Source of the DNA: Anaerolineae bacterium
GTDB lineage: Bacteria; Desulfobacterota; Desulfobacteria; Desulfobacterales; ETH-SRB1
Length of the DNA stretch: 64,000 nucleotides
Direction: 5' to 3'
NCBI GenBank assembly: GCA_035529315.1
Contig: DATKWZ010000016.1
Coordinates: forward strand, 9,650 to 73,649
Of this stretch, positions 8,298-16,093 are shown piece by piece. Below the pieces are notes generated by a model, which saw only the letters and a program-made list of their open reading frames with translations, was not told where the DNA came from and searched no databases. Positions within the stretch are counted from its first letter, which is position 1. Each line of letters starts with the position of its first letter. Made by a program: the position numbers and the translations under genes.

Positions 8298-9032
8298 ATG
8301 GATATTGGTGAAAATTATGTCCAGGAAGAAGCGGAATGGATTGAGGAGTCCGGGGAAATACCAGAGGTAGCCTTTTATGAAGCTGTTTCTTATCTTACTG
8401 AACAGGAAGATGGGCCAAAGCTGACGCTTGCTCCATTAGATATTAAACTCTTAGAAGACGCGGTAATATATCGATACAAAAACATTATATTGCGCGATCT
8501 TGATTACACCAACAGGAGTTCTCCTGTGTTTCGGGGAATGAAGAGAGCTATAATAAATTATGAAAGGTTAATAAAATATCAAACACTGAAGAATAGAGCG
8601 GTTTTCGGCTGGAAAGAAGAAATCTGCCGGTTTCTTATAGAATATATGGTTCGGGAATGCCAAGATATCTCGGAAGGAAGGCTCTACAGAACAATCAACT
8701 GTGGGCGGGAACAATTAGAGAAATTTGCAAAAAAACTTGGTGTTGATGTTGACCCGAAGTGTTTGGAGATCTGCTTTAAACCGGTTCCTTTAACGTTTGA
8801 TGAAGTGTGCAGGGCAACACTCTTTGCTGAAAGAGATGATTATCCGTACAAATCTCTACACGATAGAGGAGATTATTTTGAGATTGTGATATCTAATGAA
8901 GATAAACAACAGCTTCATATTTCGTTGAAGATATGCATGGATGAGAAAACAGACAAACAGGATATGAAGTTAAAGGCAGATGCGATTTATCGCTCTATCC
9001 CCAAATCAGAGGCGCCATGGAATATTTCATAA
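8298..9032 (+). CDS. Hypothetical acidic cytoplasmic protein (no recognisable domain)
   Basis: Single long ORF in an AT-rich region. ATG 8298 is preferred over the ORF-track TTG at 8262, which coincides with a TTGACA -35-like hexamer. The N-terminus is acidic and there is no TM segment. I recognise no family. Confidence 0.55.
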   Translation: MDIGENYVQEEAEWIEESGEIPEVAFYEAVSYLTEQEDGPKLTLAPLDIKLLEDAVIYRYKNIILRDLDYTNRSSPVFRGMKRAIINYERLIKYQTLKNRAVFGWKEEICRFLIEYMVRECQDISEGRLYRTINCGREQLEKFAKKLGVDVDPKCLEICFKPVPLTFDEVCRATLFAERDDYPYKSLHDRGDYFEIVISNEDKQQLHISLKICMDEKTDKQDMKLKADAIYRSIPKSEAPWNIS

Positions 9033-9063
9033 ACTTCGGAATCAGGGGAAGAGGTCAGGCTGC

Positions 9064-9090
9064 GGGGTTAGCGCTCGCTATTGCGGTTCA
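9064..9090 (+). repeat. Short dispersed repeat GGGGTTAGCGCTCGCTATTGCGGTTCA (copy 1 of 3)
   Basis: Near-identical core at 32165-32184 (+). A diverged copy lies on the opposite strand at 28201-28224. Confidence 0.7.
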
Positions 9091-9272
9091 AATTCAAGCG
9101 CTTTGGCGGACTTTCGCGAGACCATCAAAATTAAAAGTTGTTTTTTCAACTGATTCGTGAAAATCTATTTTTTTACTGAATATATCGGCACAGGCAAAAG
9201 AGTACAACGCCTTGTTTTTTAAGGTTTTTGTCAGGGAAAGGTTTTTGGAAAATAATTTTGAAATAGCAAGTC

Positions 9273-12200
9273 ATGAACAAAAGAAAATCTGAAATCAACT
9301 TCAAAGAGATGTTCCCCCTCCTGAATAGCAACGCCCCCCAAGATGAAAAAACAGCAGAAGAACTGAGTTCATCTTTTTTTCAGGCCTTTGAGGAGCAATG
9401 GAAAAGGGCAAACGCCAAACTAAAGCGGAAGATGATCCTTTTCGCGGGAGGCTTGCCGGTTGAAAACGGATTGCGTCCTGTCTTGCTCGGGCTAAAAGAC
9501 TTTGTTGGGGATGTAAGGAAAGAGGCGCAAACGGCCATTGAACGGCTTTTCAAACAAACGGTCTTTGGGGGGGATACAGGTTTGAGCCTTTTGCCTGATG
9601 TTGTAAAAAGGTCAGCGTACTTTGCGTTCATTATATACAAAGAGATGAAGGCCAGCACCATCAATCTCGAGTTGGTGGCTTTCTTGTTTCAAACGCTGTT
9701 GAAAATGGGCGGAAGGGGGTCTTTTCTCAGTTGGAAATTCTTCAACCAGGGCATGGTCCCTCACAATATGCTTGTTGGAACGATCAAGAAGTTCCCCGAA
9801 AAACTACGGTTGATTTTCGTCTTTCAATATACGCTGGATAATATTTCCGTTCGCCGAAATCATAAGGCGTTGCCAAGACTCCTTTTAAACAATATCAATG
9901 ATCGAAACACGGTTATTGATATTTTAGCAGATCTTTTCGACCAGGGAGTTTTCCTGGATGCTGCTTTTGAGGATTTGTGCCAAAGACTTAAAATCGGCAA
10001 AACCGTAACACAAACAGAATTACAGGCCGACAATCAGGAAACAAAGGTCAAAGGGTTGAAGGTAATAGGGTACCTGGAAGAACTGCCCGGTTATTATTCC
10101 TGCCTGCCGCTGCTTTCTTCGGACGAGCACAAAAGTGTTCGCGTTGAGTGCCTGAAAATGCTCGCCAGGGCGAACGCAAAGAAAGATCAGAAAATTATCC
10201 AGGCTGTTTATAAGTTGTTGGATGACAAGGATCAGGACGTGGCGCTCCATGCCCTTAAGTCCCTTGTTTCATTGAAAGCAATCGGCCTTTCGAAGGCTGC
10301 GCCCCTCCTCTTTGAAAAATATCCTTCCGAGAGGTCTTATCTTTGCGATTGCCTGAGCAAGTTGGAATTTCCTGAACTCAAAGCCGTTTTAGATGCCTTG
10401 CCACCTGATCAAAGCATTGAGTCAAAGGCGACTATTTCCCGCAAGATTGTTAAAAACAACCCTGACAAACTGATCTTCTTTTTGAATCAGTATACAAAAA
10501 ACTCGAATGATAAAATTCAAAACAAGGCATTAAAACTCCTTGCCACGATTGATTCAATAAAGAAAAAAGAGCTTGACGAAGCATCGGAAGACAACACTCG
10601 GGTCAGCTTCCCGTTAGGCAAGGTCAAGAAGGGGTTTTTTGAGAGGATAACAGGAGGATGGCAGCGAAAGGCTCTAAAACAGCTTTTAAATCGCGAGCCT
10701 GTCAAAGACGCTGACTTTCAAGGAGAGGTCTTTTCAAATGTCAATCTTAAAGGTGTTAATCTTCAAAACGTTAATTTTGACCGGGCCTCATTTTCCAATG
10801 TGAACCTTTCTTATGCGAATCTTCAGTCTGTAACGTTCAAAGGGGCTCATTTTGAAAACGTCAGCATAGAAAACTCCATGCTTGATTCTGTATCATTTGA
10901 AAGCGCTGTCTTAAAAGGGGTAAGCGCGGCAAGAACCCAGCTTAGGTCCTGCAATTTAGGCAATTCGTGGATATATGGCTCGTCTTTTGATTCTGCTGAC
11001 TTGACAGGTTCGTATTTTGGCAATGCAAAGATAACAAAAACCGATTTTTCCGGATCAAATCTTACCGAAACCTACTTTGTCGGCGCCAGTCTTTCACGGG
11101 TTGCTTTCAACTATGCCATTCTGGATCTGTCCGATTTTTCACTGGTCAATGCAAAGATGTGTGACTTTTTAGGTGTTGATTTTACGGCCGTAACCAGTGT
11201 CCTTGCTGATTTAAATGCTCGTTCAGTCTTGTTTGAGGATATAAAGATTCCTGCTTTGTTTTTTGAAGATGATCCTGACGGGTCTATCGGTTTTAATCTT
11301 CTCATCATTAGCCAGGAAATAGAAAGACTCCGCGAACGATTCCTTGAATTCAATCGCAGGAGAACAGAGCTCGCACTGGACACCTTTTCCCCTGAGGGCG
11401 GCGATCTGTTTGAACTGATACCCTTTGTGGTTGATTCAAGTTTGGCTTTGCTGCCTGTTGAGAATCCGACCCAAAAAGCGCCGGCAGGAATATTCGGATA
11501 CCACCCTAATCCCAGGACCCTGCGGCTCGCAAAGAAATACTTAATTGTAGATGATTCCAGAATAAGTCTTGATAAAAAGGCTAACATAGAGGGGCTGTTT
11601 ACTATCGGCAGCACAGGAACCATTGCCCAGTCCGTTGACTCTGATATAGACTATTGGGTCTGTGTAGAAAAAGACGAACTCGGAGATGAAGGCTGCGAAC
11701 TGCTCCAGGCAAAACTTCAGGCGATTGAAGAATGGGCATTCAAAGTATTTCACGTTGAAATCCATTTTTTTCTGGTCGACCTTCCCAGCGTACGCGAGAA
11801 TAGTTTCGGTGGAAGTGATCACGAGAGTTCCGGGTCAGCGCAAGGAAAGATCCTGAAAGAAGAGTTCTATAGAACCATGCTCTTTGTGGCAGGCAAGCTC
11901 CCCTTGTGGTGCGCTACCCCTCAATGGCTTAACGACAACCACCATGAGTACCTTGTTGAATTGGCGCCGCGGTTATATAAAGATTATGTTGACATGGGGA
12001 CCATCTCGTCCATTCCAAAAGGAGAGTACTTTGGAGCGTCAATATGGCAGATTTTTAAGAGCCTCAAAAGCCCCTACAAATCGGTTATAAAGATGTCACT
12101 TCTGGACAAATATATTCAGGAGGAAGGGCGTAGCGTACTGTTATGCGACCGGCTCAAGTCGGGCTGGTCACTTGGCAGGTCAGACTTGAGGTCTCTTGAT

Positions 12201-13217
12201 CCTTATGTGTTGCTCTTTGAAGAAGTCCTGGAATATTGTCAACGAACAGAGCAAAAGGATCCGGAGTCTTTGCTGAAAATTTGTTTTTTTCTGAAACTCG
12301 GTATCCAGTCTATCTCCGCCCTGGATAATTTAGTCATAAGGGTGCGGAAGAAAGTGGTCCAGGGCTACATTGACGCCTGGGGCTGGGATGAGAAGCGTGT
12401 TCAGGATTTAGGGCGATTTAAGGAATGGGACTTTGACAAGATATTTCAACTAAGCTCTAAAATCAATCATTACATGATAGAAACTTACAAGAGATCAAGT
12501 CGTATTCTGAAGGATACAGAAGATCGAAACACAATAATCACTCAGCGGGACCTGACGATTCTGGGGCGTAAGATGTTCGTTCAATTTTCCAGGCAGCCTC
12601 ACAAGGTGGAAAAGCTTCCCCTTGTAGCGAGCGGCAAGTCTTTATTTCAGCGGCTGAAACTGCAATACTCCCAACCACACGGGGAGAACGCAACCTGGAA
12701 CTTATACCACCCAAAGACAACAACGGAGAAAAAAGGAAATAATGACCAATTATTGAAAAAAACGGCACGGATAGAAGAGATTGCAATATGGCTGGTTCAT
12801 AATGGGCTTTATTCGTCCACTACTTCGATAGAACTTATGCCAAACCCAACTCCAATTTCGATCCAGGACTTTCTTGACCTTCTTAAAAACCTGCTCCGGG
12901 TTTTCCCGTCTGCGGAAGCCGACCCGATTGCTCCCGAAGCCCTTCTGAAAAATGCTCAACCACGCAAACTCCTTATAGCGGTTAATTTTAACTTAGATCG
13001 AAATTTGAAAAGAATCCATGAATATACAGTATTCTATATGACCAGTTGGGGAGAGGTGTTTTGCAGGTTTTTTCGTGACAAACAAGGGGATGCTTCCCTG
13101 AAAGACGTCCTGAAAAAGGTAGAGAAACAACTTGAGCTTAAAGTTTCTTCCAGTCGGGTATCCTTTTTCATACCGGAAGAAGCCCGCAAAAGCTTCAACC
13201 GTGGAATCATTCTTTAA
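9273..13217 (+). CDS. HEAT-repeat / pentapeptide-repeat / class-I (CyaA-type) adenylate cyclase fusion protein, 1314 aa
   Basis: N-terminal HEAT-like repeats (DEHKSVRVECLKMLA, LLDDKDQDVALHALKSL). Thirty in-phase pentapeptide repeats lie at nt 10737-11186. The C-terminal 625 aa aligns by eye with E. coli CyaA: GSTGTIAQSVDSDIDYWVC vs GSTSSVGQSCSSDLDIWVC, LKEEFYRTMLFVAGK vs LLDEFYRTAVRLAGK, and EYFGASIWQIFKSLKSPYKSV vs [21 protein letters not shown]. Confidence 0.85.
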   Translation: MNKRKSEINFKEMFPLLNSNAPQDEKTAEELSSSFFQAFEEQWKRANAKLKRKMILFAGGLPVENGLRPVLLGLKDFVGDVRKEAQTAIERLFKQTVFGGDTGLSLLPDVVKRSAYFAFIIYKEMKASTINLELVAFLFQTLLKMGGRGSFLSWKFFNQGMVPHNMLVGTIKKFPEKLRLIFVFQYTLDNISVRRNHKALPRLLLNNINDRNTVIDILADLFDQGVFLDAAFEDLCQRLKIGKTVTQTELQADNQETKVKGLKVIGYLEELPGYYSCLPLLSSDEHKSVRVECLKMLARANAKKDQKIIQAVYKLLDDKDQDVALHALKSLVSLKAIGLSKAAPLLFEKYPSERSYLCDCLSKLEFPELKAVLDALPPDQSIESKATISRKIVKNNPDKLIFFLNQYTKNSNDKIQNKALKLLATIDSIKKKELDEASEDNTRVSFPLGKVKKGFFERITGGWQRKALKQLLNREPVKDADFQGEVFSNVNLKGVNLQNVNFDRASFSNVNLSYANLQSVTFKGAHFENVSIENSMLDSVSFESAVLKGVSAARTQLRSCNLGNSWIYGSSFDSADLTGSYFGNAKITKTDFSGSNLTETYFVGASLSRVAFNYAILDLSDFSLVNAKMCDFLGVDFTAVTSVLADLNARSVLFEDIKIPALFFEDDPDGSIGFNLLIISQEIERLRERFLEFNRRRTELALDTFSPEGGDLFELIPFVVDSSLALLPVENPTQKAPAGIFGYHPNPRTLRLAKKYLIVDDSRISLDKKANIEGLFTIGSTGTIAQSVDSDIDYWVCVEKDELGDEGCELLQAKLQAIEEWAFKVFHVEIHFFLVDLPSVRENSFGGSDHESSGSAQGKILKEEFYRTMLFVAGKLPLWCATPQWLNDNHHEYLVELAPRLYKDYVDMGTISSIPKGEYFGASIWQIFKSLKSPYKSVIKMSLLDKYIQEEGRSVLLCDRLKSGWSLGRSDLRSLDPYVLLFEEVLEYCQRTEQKDPESLLKICFFLKLGIQSISALDNLVIRVRKKVVQGYIDAWGWDEKRVQDLGRFKEWDFDKIFQLSSKINHYMIETYKRSSRILKDTEDRNTIITQRDLTILGRKMFVQFSRQPHKVEKLPLVASGKSLFQRLKLQYSQPHGENATWNLYHPKTTTEKKGNNDQLLKKTARIEEIAIWLVHNGLYSSTTSIELMPNPTPISIQDFLDLLKNLLRVFPSAEADPIAPEALLKNAQPRKLLIAVNFNLDRNLKRIHEYTVFYMTSWGEVFCRFFRDKQGDASLKDVLKKVEKQLELKVSSSRVSFFIPEEARKSFNRGIIL

Positions 13218-13302
13218 TCCAATCATAACGGACAGGCCGGGCCCGCTGTCGATTCCCTACTTTTCTTCTTTATCTCCGGTTTCCTGCCAAACGGACAGAC
13301 TT

Positions 13303-13540
13303 TTATACAAATTCCACATATCGGTGATCAGGTATTTTTGCGAATTCATTTGTAAGCTTTCCTACGCATTTATGAAAATACAGGGTTTCAGCCCTGTTCT
13401 TGTAACGATCTTTTGTAGTTACGCCCTTTATCGCTCCGACCGGACATGCATCATGACACAACATACATTTTCCACAGCCCAAGTCCCTAATCCTCTCTGA
13501 ATAGAAAAAGTCGTCACTCCAAAAGACTGGATAGCGCTGA
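13303..13540 (-). pseudogene. Start-less fragment of a [4Fe-4S]-motif protein
   Basis: The minus-strand frame reads ...FYSERIRDLGCGKCMLCHDACPVGAIKG...HKCVGKLTNEF...VEFV*. It is bounded upstream by a stop and has no ATG before the Cys motif; only an in-frame TTG is present. It is absent from the ORF track. Confidence 0.3.
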
Positions 13541-13670
13541 TGGTTAGCGCTTCCGCTTTACTACATGTCACTTCGTGTCACTACGTGCCCGGCTTGTCTG
13601 CCACAGGCACGGCTGGAGTTTATCCCGCATTTGATGCGGGACCGGAATGATGAGAACCGGTATTTCCCGA

Positions 13671-13688
13671 CTTTTTACGAATCCATCA
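13671..13688 (+). repeat. Dispersed intergenic module CTTTTTACGA(A/G)YYYATCA (copy 1 of 3)
   Basis: The same 18-nt module, in the same orientation, occurs at 32316-32333 and 33620-33637. Each forms the 3' end of a longer intergenic repeat. Confidence 0.7.
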
Positions 13689-13725
13689 TAGACAACTCAT
13701 CGAAAAGATAATAAATTGACTTGGA

Positions 13726-13754
13726 AGTTTACATAATATATATTGCTTTAGATT
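13726..13754 (+). promoter_or_regulatory. Near-consensus sigma70-type promoter (TTGACT-17 nt-TATATT)
   Basis: -35 hexamer at 13726-13731, a 17-nt spacer, and -10 hexamer at 13749-13754. An A/T-rich upstream segment is conserved in all three cassette copies. Confidence 0.6.
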
Positions 13755-13760
13755 AATTTT

Positions 13761-13866
13761 GGTCTGTTTTTTGAACCTCAAGCAGGAGGATCACGTGACC
13801 AGCCATAATATTACAAAAAAATAAAGCCCCATTTCTTCAGTCATATGAAGGATGGGGCTTTTCGCT
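13761..13866 (+). ncRNA. Candidate ~105-nt small RNA or attenuating leader (copy 1)
   Basis: Runs from the predicted transcription start about 7 nt after the -10 to an intrinsic terminator (AAGCCCCAT...ATGGGGCTT stem at 13824-13860, then TTTT). It contains AGGAGGATCACGTGACC (a Shine-Dalgarno-like sequence, GTG, and the palindrome TCACGTGA). The ends are approximate. Confidence 0.4.
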
Positions 13867-13923
13867 TTACAGAGTAAATTTTATATTGACGGATGTAACT
13901 TCACGGGTTACATTTTTTATGTT

Positions 13924-14201
13924 ATGATAAAATCGTTTAAGCATAAAGGCTTGGAGGATTTTTTTTATACAGGTAGCAAGAGAGGAATTAAGACTGAATA
14001 TGCCAATAGGCTTGAACGAATCCTTGATCGGCTTAATTCCGCAAGTGAAATAAAAGATATGAATTACCCAGGTTCTTTCCTCCACCAGTTGAGCGGAAAT
14101 AAAAGGGCCTTCATTCAGTAAAAGTATCCGGCAATTGGCGTATATTCTTTAAATTTATGGATGGTGACGCCTATATTGTCGATTATGACGATTACCATTA
14201 G
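13924..14201 (+). pseudogene. higB: HigB-family (RelE/ParE superfamily) toxin, frameshifted
   Basis: MIKSFKHKGLEDFFYTGSKRGI is a HigB-family N-terminus. The frame stops at 14121, but the -1 frame continues VKVSGNWRIFFKFMDGDAYIVDYDDYH* to 14201. The shift maps to the A4 run at 14101-14104. Confidence 0.8.
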
Positions 14202-14213
14202 GAGATTAAAACA

Positions 14214-14534
14214 ATGCTAAAAATGATAAGACGCCCAACACATCCGGGCAATATAATAAAAGAAGACTATCTTTTACCCCTATCCATTACAATCAAGGAT
14301 ATGGCTGCAAATCTTGGTGTTTCAAGGAAAACATTATCAAAGATCATTAATGAAAGAGGGGCAATCACACCAGATATGGCTTTGCGCTTATCCCGTGCGT
14401 TCGATACTACTCCAGATTTATGGCTTAATTTGCAGAAAAACTATGATTTATGGGAAGCAGAAACGAAATCACAGGAATGGAAAAAGGTAAAACCATTCCC
14501 TCAGCATATGCTCTGTCATAATCCATCGTTTTAA
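14214..14534 (+). CDS. higA: HigA-family antitoxin (XRE-type HTH)
   Basis: THPGNIIKEDYLLPLSITIKDMAANLGVSRKTLSKIINERGAITPDMALRLSRAF is the canonical HigA HTH. The gene starts 13 nt after higB. Confidence 0.9.
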   Translation: MLKMIRRPTHPGNIIKEDYLLPLSITIKDMAANLGVSRKTLSKIINERGAITPDMALRLSRAFDTTPDLWLNLQKNYDLWEAETKSQEWKKVKPFPQHMLCHNPSF

Positions 14535-14604
14535 CAGCTAACACACATATATGAGCATTTCAGCGGACGTGGTGATCCGCGCCACTAATTGGTGATTAGT
14601 GATA

Positions 14605-14662
14605 ACTCATCGAAAAGATAACAAATCAACTTGGATGTTTACATAATATATATTGTTTTAGA
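14605..14662 (+). repeat. Promoter/leader cassette, promoter-only copy 2
   Basis: Shares ACTCATCGAAAAGATAA...TTGGATGTTTACATAATATATATTGTTTTAGA with copies 1 and 3. It then diverges straight into a GGAG ribosome-binding site and ATG 14678. Confidence 0.85.
14626..14654 (+). promoter_or_regulatory. Promoter of the SH3-anchor gene (TCAACT-17 nt-TATATT)
   Basis: Same geometry as the other two cassette promoters. The -35 hexamer is degenerate. Confidence 0.5.
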
Positions 14663-14677
14663 CGGCTTGGAGAAGAT

Positions 14678-15217
14678 ATGAAAAGATTCAAACTATTCAT
14701 TCCTGTGATTTTAACACTGTGTTTAATGGGGCAAACCGTTTGGGCCCAAAAGGCTTACGTTACAGATGAGTTTAGAATCAGCCTTCGTAGAGGACCAAGC
14801 ATTGAAAACAAAATCCTGAAATTTCTTCCCTCGGGTCAGGCAGTAGAAGTCTCAGAATCTCAAGAGGGTTGGTGTCGCATTACCGTCTCCGAAGGCGAGA
14901 ATAGCAACTTCCAGGGATGGGTCCTTAGCCGTTACCTTATTTCACGTCTACCATGGGAAATTCAGGCTAAGTCTTTGATAAAGGAAAATGCTCTGCTCAA
15001 GGAAAGACTGGTCAGTATTGAAAAAAAACAGGCGGTAACAACCCGTCTGGAACAGGATTTAACCAACGCTATTAATACCTTGACAAAGGAAAATAAGGAC
15101 TTGAGGTCTTCGAAAAGAACTAAATGGCTTACTATCGGCGCTTTGGTTCTACTCTGTGGCTTAATAATAGGCCTGATATTAGGGGGGCAACAGAAAAGAC
15201 GTCGTATATATAATTAG
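14678..15217 (+). CDS. SH3-domain protein with signal peptide, coiled coil and C-terminal membrane anchor (YgiM-like)
   Basis: N-terminal signal sequence (ILTLCLMGQTVWA). SH3_3-like core (YVTDEFRISLRRGPSIENKILKFLPSGQAVEV...WCRI). Heptad-rich middle. C-terminal TM segment followed by QQKRRRIYN. Confidence 0.8.
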   Translation: MKRFKLFIPVILTLCLMGQTVWAQKAYVTDEFRISLRRGPSIENKILKFLPSGQAVEVSESQEGWCRITVSEGENSNFQGWVLSRYLISRLPWEIQAKSLIKENALLKERLVSIEKKQAVTTRLEQDLTNAINTLTKENKDLRSSKRTKWLTIGALVLLCGLIIGLILGGQQKRRRIYN

Positions 15218-15517
15218 TTAATGTCCATCCAGAAATAGCATCTTTTGCCCCGAGGCAGCGTTCTCCGCGGGTTTCCGTCCTCGACGTAGCGCTGCTACGC
15301 CTGTGGCAAAAACCCTCTTGTAAAGGGGGACTAAAGGGTAACGATCTTAAGTTTATAAGTTTCTCATGCCTTCGTTGTTTTTTTGTGCTGTTGGGTGCGT
15401 GCAGGGGTTGTCAGCCATCCATCAGAATGGAATTTGGGTGGGTATAATGAAATTCAGGAGCCTCGTCAACGATATGCTTTAATAGATTATCAGCGCTTAA
15501 TGGATCTATTGCATATT

Positions 15518-15724
15518 TCAACTTCTTCTTCGTTCCCTTAAGCCACGCCGATCGTTCTTTACAGAGAGAAAAACAAAGATCCCTTCTCTTACGCTTTTCC
15601 GGCGATCATCCCTGTTTTTCCGCAGATCCTTGCGAAAACCATTTCTCTTTGCGACATAAGCATTAAGCCCTTTTTTAGAGGTATCCATTTTAACTGGTGC
15701 TGTATTTCCTATTATAATATCCAT
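15518..15724 (-). CDS. Small basic hypothetical protein (68 aa)
   Basis: A GGAG ribosome-binding site lies 7 nt upstream of the ATG. The C-terminus is Arg/Lys/Asp-rich. I recognise no family. Confidence 0.4.
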   Translation of the reverse strand: MDIIIGNTAPVKMDTSKKGLNAYVAKRNGFRKDLRKNRDDRRKSVREGIFVFLSVKNDRRGLRERRRS

Positions 15725-15914
15725 GAGTAATCTCCTTAAAATCCTTGCGCAGCCTTGTCCCTGAATAAAATTTACTAAAAAGGCTTTAATGTTTTAATCG
15801 GTATTAAGTATTAAATACTTTAATCACCAATTTTTGTCATCTTGTTTACCACAAAAGGGAAAAGGTGTTTTTGTGATGTAAAATACCTTTTTAAGGTAAA
15901 AAGTGTATAAGAGG

Positions 15915-15970
15915 ATGGCAAGAGCAAAAAGACATTACCTTCCAGGACACGTATGGCACATCACGCATTG
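15915..15970 (+). pseudogene. Short 5' stub resembling an IS200/Y1 (COG1943-type) transposase gene
   Basis: MARAKRHYLPGHVWHITH matches, from memory, the N-terminus of this transposase family. The similarity ends after about 18 codons, and the remaining reading frame runs into cassette copy 3. Confidence 0.35.
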
Positions 15971-16058
15971 TGGAATCGGGGGGTGCATATCATCAAACGC
16001 AGGCTGCTTATGGCAAAAAAGACAAAGGATAGAGTGGACTCATCGAAAAGATAATAAA

Positions 16059-16087
16059 TTGACTTGGATGTTTACATGATATATATT
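16059..16087 (+). promoter_or_regulatory. Near-consensus sigma70-type promoter (TTGACT-17 nt-TATATT)
   Basis: -35 hexamer at 16059-16064 and -10 hexamer at 16082-16087. Confidence 0.6.
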
Positions 16088-16093
16088 GTTTTA

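Larger units (their letters stand above)
13695..13866 (+). repeat. Promoter/leader cassette, full copy 1 (about 172 bp)
   Basis: Aligns end to end, by eye with scattered substitutions and one single-base indel, with 16038-16207. Its first ~58 bp also match 14605-14662. Confidence 0.9.

Noticed and set aside
9080-9100. GGTTCAAATTC considered as a tRNA T-arm
   Set aside because: The flanking sequence cannot be folded into an acceptor stem or anticodon arm, and the segment is part of dispersed repeat family A.
9140-9165. TTTTCA-N9-TGAAAA inverted repeat upstream of the cyclase gene, considered as a CRP-type site
   Set aside because: The half-sites do not match the TGTGA/TCACA consensus, and the spacing is wrong for CRP/FNR-family sites.
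13786-13820. GTG-initiated micro-ORF behind the AGGAGGA inside the cassettes, considered as a conserved leader peptide
   Set aside because: Only the first four codons (MTSH) agree between the copies. Copy 1 stops after 9 codons, while copy 3 reads through the terminator for 33 codons. Conservation therefore looks nucleotide- or structure-based. The idea is kept only as an alternative within the cassette finding.
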